A stretch of DNA of 64,000 nucleotides from Octopus sinensis (Eukaryota), in assembly GCF_006345805.1 (NCBI RefSeq), contig NW_021832374.1, positions 124,001 to 188,000 of the forward strand, written 5' to 3'. A program made the position numbers and the translations under genes. This document shows, piece after piece, positions 51,582 through 64,000 of the stretch. The notes beneath the pieces were generated by a model. That model ran no database searches. It was not told where the DNA came from and saw only the letters and a list, made by a program, of their open reading frames with translations. The stretch's first letter is position 1; each line of letters opens with the position of its first letter.

Positions 51582-53947
51582 AATAAAATGGCACGTTAAA
51601 TAACTTTATTAATAAATAATTAAATAATGTTTTATAATATATTCAACTTAAAAAACTATTTTAATTTAAGTAAATAACCTTTCATAATTATTTTATTTGA
51701 ATATTTGTCGTAATCCTTAGCTGAGTTTTTTGTTTTTTATTTTTCAGCAAATGGGCTGCTGCAAACATTTGTGTACCATCTTTTAAGTTTTCGACTTCAT
51801 TTATATTAGACCTCATTATATTTCTAATATGCTCGTTGTTTAGTTTCTTTATTTGCCATTTCAAAAAATTACAATCCGTTTTTAAAATCTGTTTTTTGGT
51901 CCCGTCAGTAATTTAAGCCTGACATTTTTTTTGACTTAAGGATATCATTGGAACTTAGGATGGCAGGTTTTTATAAATTTTCCTCCAGTTTCAATTTTCT
52001 TTCCTATATGCGTATTTACTGCTTATGTATTCCTTTAATTAGGCTATTCCAAATGTCTTGATTCGACTTACAAAGCCTTGATCTCTTTGTAAGACCATCT
52101 GCCTCAAATAGTAGTGGTAGACTCGGCATATTTGAGTATTACTTGTGTCTCGTATGTACTATAAAACAATCAAATTGGTCAATTGATGGGTAGAACGTAT
52201 GAGGTGACTGTCACTCTCTTTGATAGTAAAGATCACACAATTTATAATTCTGAGGTTTTCGAGTAAAGTAATGTCCAGATTGATGTCGACATTCCTCCAG
52301 AATATTTTCAGATTATCAAATCGGCAGGTCACGTGTTCACAGTTGTCGCACATTTCTCGGAAATGCTCTTTTTTGTGCAAAATTGAAATGAGTAATTTAA
52401 ATTTAAGCAGAATTGACAGAATTACTCCATTTCTGTTGAGCAGGCCGTCAAACTGTTTTTCCCACTGGCTCTATCTCATACTAATTTATATTTGGGCCTG
52501 TCATCTCCGTGCACTGTGGATATTCCGGTATTATTTAATGTCTCACCGTCAGCTCACAGTAACTGTGGAGTGTATAAGTGGACTGTGTTCCCTCAAAATA
52601 TTGTAAAATTTAACAACTCATCAATCGAACGAGTTCTTTCACCAGGCGTCGCTCGGTGACTGTTAGAGATGTCAATGTTTGGATGCTTCTCTCGAGGTTG
52701 TGTTGGTAATTTATGGTAGATACAAGTGGTGCCTGTTCTGAGTTTTCAAAAGGGAAGAAGGGAGGCATTTGTTAAAGATGAGTTCATATTCACAGGCATA
52801 GTGTTGGTCGTAGTGATTGTATGTTCACATTCGTCGCTACTTTTGGAAACATTACTACTGCCACCAATATATACCAATATTGATTGAATAATTTTTTTAT
52901 TTTTTCTGATTTTAGGTTTTGACATGCAATTAAGGAAAATACATACCGCTGCTAAAATTATCTAGTCGGGACTGACATTTCGAATTTGGCTGGTACTTCC
53001 CGAAATGATAGTCAAAATGGCGTAGAAGACGCAAGGGACTTAATTCAGAATTATCTCACTCATGTGCAGTTTCTTTTCGTAGACCCGGGAATTAAGTTTG
53101 CAAACACATAGTGCAATGTTTAGTAAATGGGACACGAGGGACGTCACACCTGTGAATACCACGAATCCTCCCCCATTCGCCTTGAACCTGGGGTTGACTA
53201 AAACTGAAATCGCCACACTCTGCTCAGTGAGGTCACAATTATACGCAGAAGCACACTCTAATTCAAACTTGAAATGGCTCATGTTGTATATTTTGAATTT
53301 GTCTAGGAAGTGATATTCTGTTGGATGTAACTAAAATGAATGAATAATTACTGACCTAATTTACTGGGTTTCTAAAATGATTTAATGACAGTCATTAATT
53401 ATATATAAACATATTCATATTAATGAACGAGAAATTAATATGAGAGTACAATTTCCACCCAAAGGTCTATTCATAGACTTATGAAGAGCATATGTGAGTA
53501 GGAATTGTCAGGAGAGATGCTTCGTAGGTGGGAATCAATGAGGGATGTTTTCGTTGTGCCAGTGTAAGAGAATAGCCATGTAGTTACGTCACACTCCGGG
53601 GATAAAATACGAGCAGCCAGAAACACCATTTGCAGGAGTTGAATGAGTTGATCTCACTACTTCTTGCAGTATAGTTCAATTATATCTGCATTAAGAAATC
53701 AAGGGAATGAATACGTGACACGGCTGCTGAGGGAATGGCGATTCTAATTAGACTATTTGCGTCCCAAGAACATGTCATTCTGTTTCCTTATTGACTATTA
53801 GAAACTGAAGTCGTGGCTTATTGACATAAATTCGAAGTTTAATTACTTTGTGAGCAAGTGGGATATTTGACTGAATTGTTAGTCAAGTTAGAGGCATACA
53901 ATCATCCCTTTTGGACTACAAACTAATCATTTGGCATTCGACTAGAC

Positions 53948-54830
53948 CAGCGGTCCTTAACCGCGGCCCGATAAATTTTATTTACGGCCCCTTAGCTACT
54001 TTTTCAAATAAAATTTATATGGTGAATTTAATTGAGTTTGCTCCCTTGCCTTCAAAACCTCAGGAATCGTCGGCAAGGCCTCACAACTCCTCACTGACAT
54101 TAATAGGAGAATTTCCTTAAAAACAAACGAACGGAGGGAGACGACCTGGCTTTTTCAGCAAATCTTGGTCGTCGTGCTCCGCGGAAACAGCCATTAAATA
54201 CGCAGTTCGGCTTCTTTGAACTGACCCTTAGGTTCTGACTACTCTTTCAGCCGCCTATCCTAGCTAGCATCTTTCTATAATAATTATAAACTCATAAAAT
54301 TCCTATGATCGGCGTGTTAATTATCATTATGCCAGAATTATTAAAAAAGCTAGAAAAATAAAAGAAGAGGACCGTGTATTAAAAACTTAAATATTTTATG
54401 ATCGGAAAAAACAGCAAGGTACACTGTCTTTAATGTCACATGGCGATAAATGTTATGAAATCATTTAATGTTGAGAGACATTACAAAACTCACAGTAAAG
54501 TATATGATTGCTTGAGATTCTAGAATAAGAAAATTGGAATCATTAAAATCAGCCAAAACAATACAAAACAATTTCTTTAAACCAGCAAATGATTCTAAAG
54601 CCGTAACAATGGCATCATACAAAATCAGCCACCTTCTAGACTCGAAAATGAAGCCATATTTAGATGATGAAACAAGCTATTGCCATATTTACAGAGGAAT
54701 GTTGTCTAACAGCTTTTTAAAGATAGCTAAAAAATTATAGTTAAGCGATGATACGGTGACACGAAGAATTGAATTTATTTCAAGTGACATTCATTCCTAG
54801 ATTCTTGATAATCAATCAATTTTTATAGTC
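53948..54830 (+). mobile_element. hAT transposon 5' fragment (Buster/ZBED-like)
   Basis: Terminus CAGCGGTCCTTAACC after GACTAGAC. Remnants MASYKISHLL..KMKPY and LSDDTVTRRIEFIS. Confidence 0.65.
54110..54235 (+). mobile_element. Short CRE-clade 3' fragment nested in the hAT
   Basis: RRETTWLFQQILVVVLRGNSH matches the other CRE 3' ends. Confidence 0.6.
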
Positions 54831-55179
54831 AGATTCCATATGGGAAAAATCTCAATTTAATCTGTAATGCTCAAAAAAATGTAGTATTTGGGTTAACATA
54901 TGCTTATGAATCGCTCTTTAGTAAATTGGTATCTATATCAAAACAAAATTTTGTAACCGTTTGACTGATGAGAATCTCAACCAACTATTATGTTTTGCGT
55001 CTACCAATATTACTCTGTTTCGAAAAAAATTCTTAAAACAAAAGCAAAATCAAGTTGCATATTAAATTTAATTTAATGGTATTTTGTTATTGAAATGGGA
55101 AGATACCTCAGCAAAGAAGGGTCATTCACAGAATCTTCACGTATTATAATTTCCCATATTTACTGTAGAGTAGAAGGTG

Positions 55180-55330
55180 AAGGGATCTCCGCACTTTGTG
55201 GGTAAATAGTCAACGGTCACGCCTTACTTTTGAAGTGGTGACAATGTTTCCGTTGACCATAAAAAATTTCTATCCTGCAAATATGAGTATAACCCTTTTG
55301 CTTTGGCAGCACCCAGACCATACTTAATCG
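55180..55330 (-). mobile_element. R4/NeSL-like retrotransposon fragment
   Basis: YSYLQDRNFLW...TVDYLPTKC, same family as 9430-10318. Confidence 0.5.
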
Positions 55331-55636
55331 ACACGTAACTTTTTTTAATCCCAACAGATTATTTTTAGCGCACACATAAAATTTAATTATCTTGGTTATA
55401 GAAACTTTACTTTAGAGAACGTTATTCAAAATTTAGGTTAAAAATGTAGTCATAATTTTAAGTTGTATGAATAACATATATTCTACTACTATTTTATTCA
55501 AATACCTTAGTATTTGTTTATAAAAATCGATTTTGCTATAAAAACTTACAAAAATATTTAATTATAAATTTGACATGCAATACTTTTTAATTAAATAAAA
55601 CGTAATATTTCTGAAATTTATCAAAAAAAAATTTAA

Positions 55637-56978
55637 TTAAAAAGACCGTATTGACCCTAAAATTCTCAAAATAAAATTACCAATGCTGACAACATCAACC
55701 AAGTCCTGATCACTGTAATTAGCATATCCGTCATTAACATAGAAAAGTTCATTAATGGAATTTGCTTCCTGCATACTCACCATCAAATTTTCATATTCAT
55801 CTAGAGACCGACAAATAAAACCCTTTGATAAATAAAAACAATAAAATAATACAAAACAAAAAGTAGGCCGTATTTTACTAAAAGACGTTGCTTCGAGGTT
55901 ATGAGTATGATAGGAAGAGTCGACATTTTTATCAAAATTATCGCAGATTGCGTCGTTCACTTTATGGGGATCATAGTACATCAGTTTATCGTCATAAAAT
56001 CCAGTCAAAAAAACCGCATGATCTGGAGGTAGGCCACTCAAAGCTCCAATAAATTGTGGAATTTGCAATATTTTCTAAAAATATAAAACAACTCAAACTT
56101 TTAAAGTAGAAATATATTGAGATTCCAAATATTGTGAAAGATTTTGAACGGAAACCAAAAGAATTGCGGGTTTCCATCCGCCATCACTCGAAAGGCAAGC
56201 ATTGACTATATTTGCTAATAAAAAGTTAACTAATTTCCTGTTTAATGATCGAAACATCCCATGAAAGTATTTTAAAATCGTGGAAAGAACTCGCAATTTT
56301 TCTATTTCTAAATTAATCGAAAATTACTCTGAGATCTTTGCGACTGAAGAAGCTCCAAATTTATGACCATATTTTATACCGCACGTGCTCAGACCTGTCC
56401 AAGCTTAAAATTATAATTATCGACTGTCTACAGAAATTTTGAATGGAAAATAAGCTTTGCGGGCGATCAATAAACATGGATAAAATTTCTAAATAAACCT
56501 CATTAGTTTCCGAATCCTGCCATTTATAATCTATCAATTATCTCAAAATTCTGAGTAATACCACCAATGCGTATATTTAGAATTCCGTTGGCGACAAGCA
56601 TTTGAGCACATCGAATCATACAACCCCAACCAGCATCAGAATTGAGCTTATTTTCTATTTTTTGTTTTAAATTAAAACAATACCCTCGTCAATTGCTGAA
56701 AATCCAGTTCTGTATGTCATGTATATTTTTGAGAAAATATCTTGTTTGAGTTCTTCTATGTCTGGAAATAAATTTTGTTCTAACATTATACCTTTTGGAA
56801 CGTAGTATTTCTTTCCATAAAACCAACAATCGGAAGTGACGTTGGCTTTGTTGAGCATTTTTCGAATGTAGTACCAAACTAGAACATATACAAATATATC
56901 TACAATTTCTAATGCTGTTCACTTTACAGGCTTTTGCCTAAAATAAAATATAACAATAACCACAAAAATATTTATCAT
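55637..56978 (-). CDS. ATG4: Cysteine protease ATG4 (multi-exon)
   Basis: IYMTYRTGF, NSDAGWGCMIRCAQM (catalytic Cys), WKPAILL, LMYYDPH (catalytic Asp/His), GFICRSLDEY. Start codon tentative. Confidence 0.9.
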
Positions 56979-57339
56979 TTGTCAATAAATACAATAAATT
57001 TAAATATTAAATACTGCGTTATCCAACATTAAAATCATTTTATTATATATTAAAATTGTATATATTTTAAACTATTAATCATAATTACTTTCATAATATA
57101 CAACAATAAAAAAACGATAATTTAACAAATGGAAGAGTTTTTTTTAGCCGATCGGTGGACTAGCAGCCTGACAGATCGTCAAAATGTTTCCCCAACAACA
57201 AAAATATATTTTTTATTAATAATATTGTTGGTTGGTTATCATGTTATTCTTGCTATCATTTTTTAACTGCTAATTGTACTTTCTCTTTTATTATTATGTT
57301 AATCATTTCTTTTTTTATCTCGTCCCATTGTATCATTCT

Positions 57340-58420
57340 TTCACATGACAATTTGTGTTTCATGTAAATTAGCCAATTCCCGTAAGAAGGGCCGCTCGTG
57401 CTCTTTTTTCGATCTGTATTTCCACTTATCCTGCTTCCGACTTTCCAGGGCCAGCTCGGGTATTATCCAATGCTGGAAGTGCCCGAGTTGCCTCGGTTTA
57501 CCCAAACGGTCATTCCCGGGTGCCATCCCACTCCTTCTGGATTTATCATGATTTTATCAACTTTCCGATGCGAAGCCTTTATTCCGGTGAGGATCCCAAA
57601 ATCAGCCAGGCTCACTGTGGCCAAATCCCTTATAGTCTTGATAGACCAGTCGCTGGCTTCTATCGCTCCTGACCCCTGGTTCAAGCTGTTTTTTTCCCAT
57701 TTGTCTCAACTTTACTTGGGCACCATTTTAACCGTCGCCAAAAAGCTTTTTTCTTTGCTCGGCTCATTGCGATGTTGAAGGCCAAAGACTACAATTTCAT
57801 CATAAAGCTGGACTTTTACCTGCGTTTGCCGGGACTACCTATTAGAATTGGTCTCAATACGTTGCCCAGAGCTCTTCTAAATCGCAAAGCTGGCGTACTC
57901 TTTCCCAAGTTGCCTCTTGATCCATGACAAAATTATCATGTCCAAATGCGGTATTTAGCAGGATGACTGTTTGCTTTCTCTGTATGAAGAACATATACAA
58001 AATCACTTCTGGCTTTCCAAAATCGGAATATCCTTCAACGGCTGCAAATGCAAACTTGACAATATTTCTTTTTCCCTGTTGCTCTCTGCCACACATTCTC
58101 CTCTCTCAGCAGCTTGATCGATGGATTAAGGTTCACGCCAACCAACAATCTAATCATATTGAGTTTTCAAATCTCCGCCAATGGCATAGAAAAAGCCTCA
58201 TCATCTAAATGGGACAAAATTAAACTGCTTACTGATCGGATCTGTGGGCTTGGCTTACATCTGGCGTTTTTCCTATTGAAGAACTTTTTATCCCCAGACT
58301 GACCTATCTTCTCAGGTCTTCCCCTTGTTTCGTTGCCGCTGATTCATTATCCAGAATCGACAAATCGTTCATGAATCCTTAACATTCCATGTCAATTTGA
58401 GGATCAAGGGATTCCTTCAG
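57340..58420 (-). mobile_element. Degenerate Gypsy-like integrase fragment
   Basis: GC-elevated, stop-riddled segment with FGKPEVI and a GPY/F-like GMTVWV..YPSWPWKV block; no LTR found. Confidence 0.45.
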
Positions 58421-59215
58421 TCCAAAAGGAGTTTATATGACATATATTCGGTATTTTGAAATGATTATACATTATTTTTTAATTTATTTATTAAAATATA
58501 GTTTTTGATAAATTAGTTATCTCAAAATGTTGTCGCGTGCTGTGATTTTATGTTTAGTTTGCTTGTTTGTGTTTAACTTTTATGCATATAGATCTCCTTC
58601 ATTTTATTTAATGATGGTCGAAAATATGCTATATTATCGACAGCTATCGTTGCCATCTTTTAGATGGTTAGTAATGCTGTCTACAATTTAATATATTGTC
58701 ATTTATGTTTTGTCTTTCTCTCAGATATTTAACTCCTATTCTTTCTAGAAATTGAATTATGTTTTTATTTTTGAGTAACTTGTTAGTCAATTTGTGTATA
58801 GTTTATATACTTTTTGGGGTCAGTTCTCCAAAAAGGTTTAGGAAACTTAAATTTTATCAAATTCTTTATAAAAGGCTAGAAAAGAAATTTTTCGACAAAT
58901 TAAACTCTATCTTTTCAGCTAAACATCGGTACGTCAAATAACTATTTATAAATCTCCTGCTTATCATAAAATGCAGTTCATAATTTAAGTATCAAGCCTC
59001 TCGTTATAATTTGTGAATTTTTTGAACTATGGTTGTGCTACATATATTATTATAGTGGGAATAGCAGCTATTTTTGATAAGCTATTAGTCACTCCGAAGC
59101 CGAATTTAATCCCGTTAAGAGATTGAAATCTCCTCATACTAAATTTGGTTTTTATTAAATTTATAAATATATAATGCTTTTTTATAGATTTTTCAGCATT
59201 ATATTAAAAACAAAT

Positions 59216-59723
59216 TTATTTAACGATAAGAAAATAGTCTGTTAATTTCCCTCCGGTTGCGGATTTTTTCATTTTCATTCCTAATATTTTTCTGAAATAA
59301 TAATAATTTTTTAAAGTTTCAGGTAACAAATTGAAAATGTTCTCTTCAAGTGTATTCATCGCTGTTATCATTTTCAAATGAGAATATGTACATTTTATTC
59401 CGACGTATATATTCTCGTCATCATTTTCTACATTATTTTCAGTGATTATATCTTTAATTATTTTATGTAAACTCTCCAATTCATTATTCACCAATTTGAA
59501 AATGATATTCATCAATTTTTCCAACAATTAGTAATTAATTCAGAGTGTATTTGTTGCCCCAACAATAATGATTATTTGTCTGAGATTTATTTCTTTAAAT
59601 TCAACATTGTAAACTGATCATCCTCAAAAGATAGGCCAAAATCCATCAAATTATGTAAATAATTATGTAAATAACTTGGGGGTGCCCCCAAAACAAATGT
59701 ACCTCATTGAGGAGGTTGTACTG
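59216..59723 (-). mobile_element. pogo/Tigger-like deleted element
   Basis: Terminus GAGGTTGTACTG-TA at 59712-25 and ORF 59216-59527 ending KLTDYF, typical of Tigger C-termini. Confidence 0.5.
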
Positions 59724-59963
59724 TACTATGATATAAAGACCCTGAAAATATGCAGGTTAAATACAGAAATAGGTGGATTGACATATTTTAAATCTCTACA
59801 AAAGTCTAACTGCTTTTCAGAAATTATAATTTGATGCTTATGTCCAATCATCATACTTTCCGATGTTTTTTAAAACGAATAATAATTAATTTATCAATGA
59901 AATTCGTGAAAATTTGAAACAGCTAAATCTCATATGCGGCTTTCAGTATCATCTTATAGTATA

Positions 59964-60545
59964 CTAGCTCGGCAGCTCGCTTCGCTCACCGCGACCTAGC
60001 TCCTGCGGAGGGCCTGTTTCATCAAACAACAATAAGTTTATGTAGATGTATAAAACTACATGGTTTAATGTAACCCTATTCTATCGCCTGTTGATAAACG
60101 ATGTTTGTCGTCCGTCCTTCCTTGGCATATATGAATAAATTTTCTCTTCTGCCTACCCTCGAGCATCCCACATACAGCTGTCCATGTGAAAAGCACTCAC
60201 TCTCTAAAAATAACCCAACTACCTTTAATGACTGTCCCTGGGCCTTGTTTATTGTCATTGCAAAACTCATCCTCAAAGGAAATTGCAGCCTTTAAATCTA
60301 AATGGTAATTCATCAGAAATTATCGGAATTCGTGGAATATAAACATCCTCACCTCTATACTTACCTGTTAATATCGTCGCCTCTATTACGTTAGCCATCA
60401 AATTTTTGATAACTAACCTCGTTCCGTTGCATAATTTAGGTGGCGCAAGATTTCGTAATAAAACCACTGGAACGCCTATCTTTAACTTTAAAAGATGATT
60501 CGGCATTCCAGAGGGATCTAAGGAGTTTAAAAATTCAATCCGGTT
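59964..60545 (-). mobile_element. Helitron 3' fragment (PIF1-type helicase C-terminus)
   Basis: [55 protein letters not shown] with one frameshift. GC-rich subterminal segment then CTAG|T 3' end at 59964. Confidence 0.9.
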
Positions 60546-60880
60546 GAATTTTTAGAAAATAACAAAAAAATAAAAATAACAAATAAAAATAAATAATTTA
60601 AAAACAAAAAAATAAAAAAAACTTTAAAAATTTGTAAAATAGTATAAACAAAAAAATCTCTGCCGCCACGGCAACAACCTGTCTAATTTTTTTAACAGCC
60701 AATTAAGATAATGCTTAGAGCCTTTATAGTCCGGAGATTTAGCTTAGTGACCTTGATTAGACAAACCACTAGCGGAAATGGGGCAGGCGGAGATGCGGCA
60801 GGCAGAGTAGCAGCAGCCAAAAAGCGACACACAAAAAAGATTTAATTAATTACCTTAAGCTGACCGTTTTTTCTTCAGCT

Positions 60881-61229
60881 TCGTTTTTCCTCCTTCAGTT
60901 ATCTATTTAAAAAATTATTTTTGAATAATAAAAAATATTAGGAAAAAAGAGGCATACAGAAAATAAATTCTATCTTTACGAAAAACTTCTTTTCTTAAGG
61001 TCGTCTTCCCTCCTTCGGTTATCTATTGAAAAAAATTATTTTTGAATAATAAAAAATATTAGGAAAAAAGAGGCATACAGAAAATAAATTCTATCTTTAC
61101 GAAAAACTTCTTTTCTTAAGGTCGTCTTCCCTCCTTCGGTTATCTATTGAAAAAAATTATTTTTGAATAATAAAAAAGTTTAGGAAAAGAGGCATACCGA
61201 AAATAAATTTTATCTTTACGAAAAACTTA
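60881..61229. repeat. 120-121-bp tandem repeat, about 2.9 copies
   Basis: TCCTTC(A/G)GTTATCTATT recurs at 60891, 61011 and 61132 with near-identical spacers. Confidence 0.95.
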
Positions 61230-61363
61230 ACTAAATAGTTAATATTTTTACGCAAATTCTTCTGATTGCGCTGTCAATTGGTGGTAAATTGTGTTAATGA
61301 TTGTGCTAATGTGGTTCAACTATCAAAGTAAAGGTATTTATTAAAAAAATATGGAAAGCCAAA

Positions 61364-62602
61364 TTAATCAGAAATTAATCGGCCAGCAAGCCGGATGGAA
61401 CAGCTGTTCCCACGCACAACGGCCAACAGGATCCTTTGGATTAGGAAAGTAAATTCCCTAGGATCCTTGGAGCGTAAAGAACAGAGGTGGCCAAGTTTCT
61501 TTAGATGATCAACTGTCTTTGTGCCAAAGACGCACGAAGTCTCAACAACAATTGGCCAAAACCAAAAGCCGTCTAACAAGCCCCGGTATTTTTCGGATTT
61601 TGTATGTTCAGCCCTATTAGCACGGGACCCGGGCAGAGAGGCGGATTCGTTGATGGCCGACTTGGAGAAGGAATCAACACACGTGGCATCCCAAACTAGT
61701 GGTTTACCAGCGTCGAAAGCGAACAACGTCGAGCCATCAGGCCTTTTTCCATCACCACGGTCAAGACCAATTGGCTCAAGGACAGAAGGATACCCTGCCT
61801 TTTCGAGGGCATGGAGAATGATCTTGTTAAGAGCCGAATGACGAGGTATGCGACCTGCGCTTTTCTTGCAGGAAAGGGCATGGAGCCCGTATGTGTCCAT
61901 CGTTGATCCACACCGGCAGGGGTGGGGATTACAAATCGGTAATCCAGACGAAGGCATATTCCAAAACGGAGGGCATCAGAGTCGAGGCAGGTATCCAAAT
62001 GGGTCGTGGGAAGGCAGTTAAGCCAGGAGCCAGAATACGGTTGGCGACTGGCACGGAAGCAAACTAGTCTGTGCTGGTCCAAGAGACGCTCCAACGAGTC
62101 AACGTAATATTCACAAATAATTTTGTCCCATTCACGTTGGAGAGATCGTTCTGACGGTAAGACGAAATCCTTTTCCTTCCAAAGCAAGAGTGCAGAATTG
62201 ATATCAGAGTCCAAAGTTGATTCGGGTGATTTTTCAAGAATCTTATGGACAAGAAGATACAATCCTGAAGAAGATGAAAGGAAAGCGGGAAGAGAAGGTC
62301 GAGCGCGGAGCGAAGCCCCAGACCGCAAAGGATACAGGAAGTTTGGCCTGACACCAACCAACGTCATCAAACTTGACATTAAAAATCTTCTCAGCGGATG
62401 AACGCACCAGAGCGTCGAAAGAATCCAAGGCAATAGGAATAGAAAAGCAGCGGGAACTCCTTAGGACATAATTGATTTTCGGGATCAGAAGATAATTTTT
62501 GAGAATGAAATAAGCAGGGTGGGGATCAATATCTGCAAGTTTATCACAAAGGAAGAAAGGGCATTCCTCTTGGAAGTGTTTTTCAAAATCTGTTAATTGC
62601 AC
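61364..62602 (-). mobile_element. CRE-clade non-LTR retrotransposon, 5'-truncated and frameshifted
   Basis: Post-RT region (YLLIPKINYVLR, QAKLPV), CCHC finger (CRCG..HALSC), RHSALNKII, restriction-like endonuclease KRPDG..LVWDATCVD, and PIVVETS..LIQRILLAVVRGN. Confidence 0.9.
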
Positions 62603-62799
62603 ACTCTATTCAAGGTCGTGCAATCTGTAATTGCACATTCTGTCCAAGTCAAATATGATAATAGCTTTAATTTTGATTCATGGTCGATAATGATATATGC
62701 ATTTAATTTTAAAGAGAAAATCATAGGATGAATTGAATTTCTTTATCGCGAATAATTGGGAGTTCATCATTGTTAATATTCTCGCTGTCGTTTTCATCA

Positions 62800-63035
62800 A
62801 GGATATTCTTAATACGTGAGATTTTTGCCTCGAAGGTTTTAATGGACCTCATCATGAATGTCGAGGACATTAACGTTGTTCATTTTAATCAAATGCAGAA
62901 AATATTTTTTTGATTTTTTGGGGGGAAGGTTTTAAGGACCTCATCATGTAAGTCGAGGACATCGTATTGCCAATTTGAAGTTGGTGTGCACAGACAGACA
63001 GACACACACCATACCATTTTATTATTAAGACATAC
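62800..63035 (+). mobile_element. Possible non-autonomous Helentron/DINE-like end
   Basis: Two ~39-bp direct repeats (GAAGGTTTTAA..GGACCTCATCATG..TCGAGGACAT), then CAATTTGAAG, a (CAGA)n/(CA)n microsatellite and TTTATTATTAAG, a layout recalled from HINE/DINE-1 elements. Confidence 0.35.
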
Positions 63036-63640
63036 CAACATATGCAGTTATAGTTTATGCTTTTCAGATGACTTAACTAATTTTTTTTGGTTTGTCAAAC
63101 TTAACATTTTATTTTGATTATTTTTAAACCATTTTATTGCTCTAGGATCAATAAACTTATGAAATTTACAAAGCATACAGAATATCTATAATTCCGTCAA
63201 TATTTTGAGAAAGAAATAACTTGGAAATTTAATTCATCAAGTATATCAGAAATTAACGCTCAAGTTTGGAAACACTGTGGGTATCAAGTTCTATATTTTA
63301 TAAAAAGTAGATGTGATGACAAGTTTTTACTGATGCATTATTCAATGTCTTGAAAAGTGTATTTAAAGAAGCTAGCTAACACTTTTCAAAGCTTACAGTA
63401 GCCAACTGTATTTTAGAGGGATATAAAAGTATCTATTCGATGGCTGCAAATAAAATCATTAAGAAAACGGAGTACGAATTGCTCCTTCTTGGAGTAAGTA
63501 ACCCGGCCGTAGAGATGAGAGAAAAATTGTTTCACTTTTAATCACCCGAAAAGTTGAAAATTTTTACTTAATTCGAAAATAGTTTTGAATAAAGGAAACT
63601 CGACATTAAAAAAGAAAGATTAAAAACTGAAGATTTAAGA

Positions 63641-63890
63641 TTATGAATCCATTTTATTATTCATTACTTTTTCAACTTCATTTCTGAATTGATTAAATAA
63701 AATGAAGAACTTTAAATCTTGAGAAAAGTCCGTCTCAATAATATCCTCATCCCAGTCGATGTTCCATGCACTCATAGCCAGATGATCCTGTGAATCGTCC
63801 CATTCTGGATAAATATATTATATTCGAACCTTTTATTGGAAAATCCTCAAAATTGTCATCTTCATCAAAACCAAAATCTGAAACATCCAT
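63641..63890 (-). CDS. SEM1: 26S proteasome / TREX-2 subunit SEM1 (DSS1)
   Basis: Three exons (25- and 27-nt introns) give MDVSDFGFDEDDNFEDFPIKEWDDSQDHLAMSAWNIDWDEDIIETDFSQDLKNEVEK..., matching DSS1 EDDEFEEFP..W..WDDD..DDFS..L. Confidence 0.9.
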
Positions 63891-64000
63891 CACTACAATA
63901 TATAATGCTGTTATTATTTAATTTGTAAATTTTTATTATACAATTACATTAAATGCTAATTTTCACTAAAGACTACATAATTAAAAAATCTTAATAATTA

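Overview
AT-rich eukaryotic (animal-type) genomic DNA, not prokaryotic; no rRNA or CRISPR array seen. Host genes have very short spliceosomal introns (mostly about 24-31 nt), as in reduced parasitic metazoans such as myxozoans, dicyemids or orthonectids (taxon is inference only). I recognise, by manual splicing and remembered family motifs, INTS6, ATG3, MAPK15/ERK7, IRE1, WDR75, ATG4 and SEM1, plus tRNA-Gln(CTG) and initiator tRNA-Met. Much of the rest is transposon debris: pogo/Tigger, Tc1, hAT, Harbinger, Ginger-type, Helitron, CRE, R4/NeSL-like, Jockey/I/L2-like and RTE LINEs, a candidate solo LTR, a candidate SINE and an unclassified TIR element. The most unusual locus is 23.3-27.3 kb. It holds a predicted type I membrane protein whose ectodomain is a tandem array of about 60-nt exons plus about 27-nt phase-1 introns. 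It is followed by a head-less but frame-intact duplicate with more repeats, which could act as an alternative 3' module. Other notable items: an 85-nt GC-rich hairpin beside tRNA-Gln, an intron-bearing eIF2-alpha remnant, and a 560-bp duplication flanking a one-ended Ginger fragment. No database searches were run; family names come from motif recall, and internal exon boundaries are manual.
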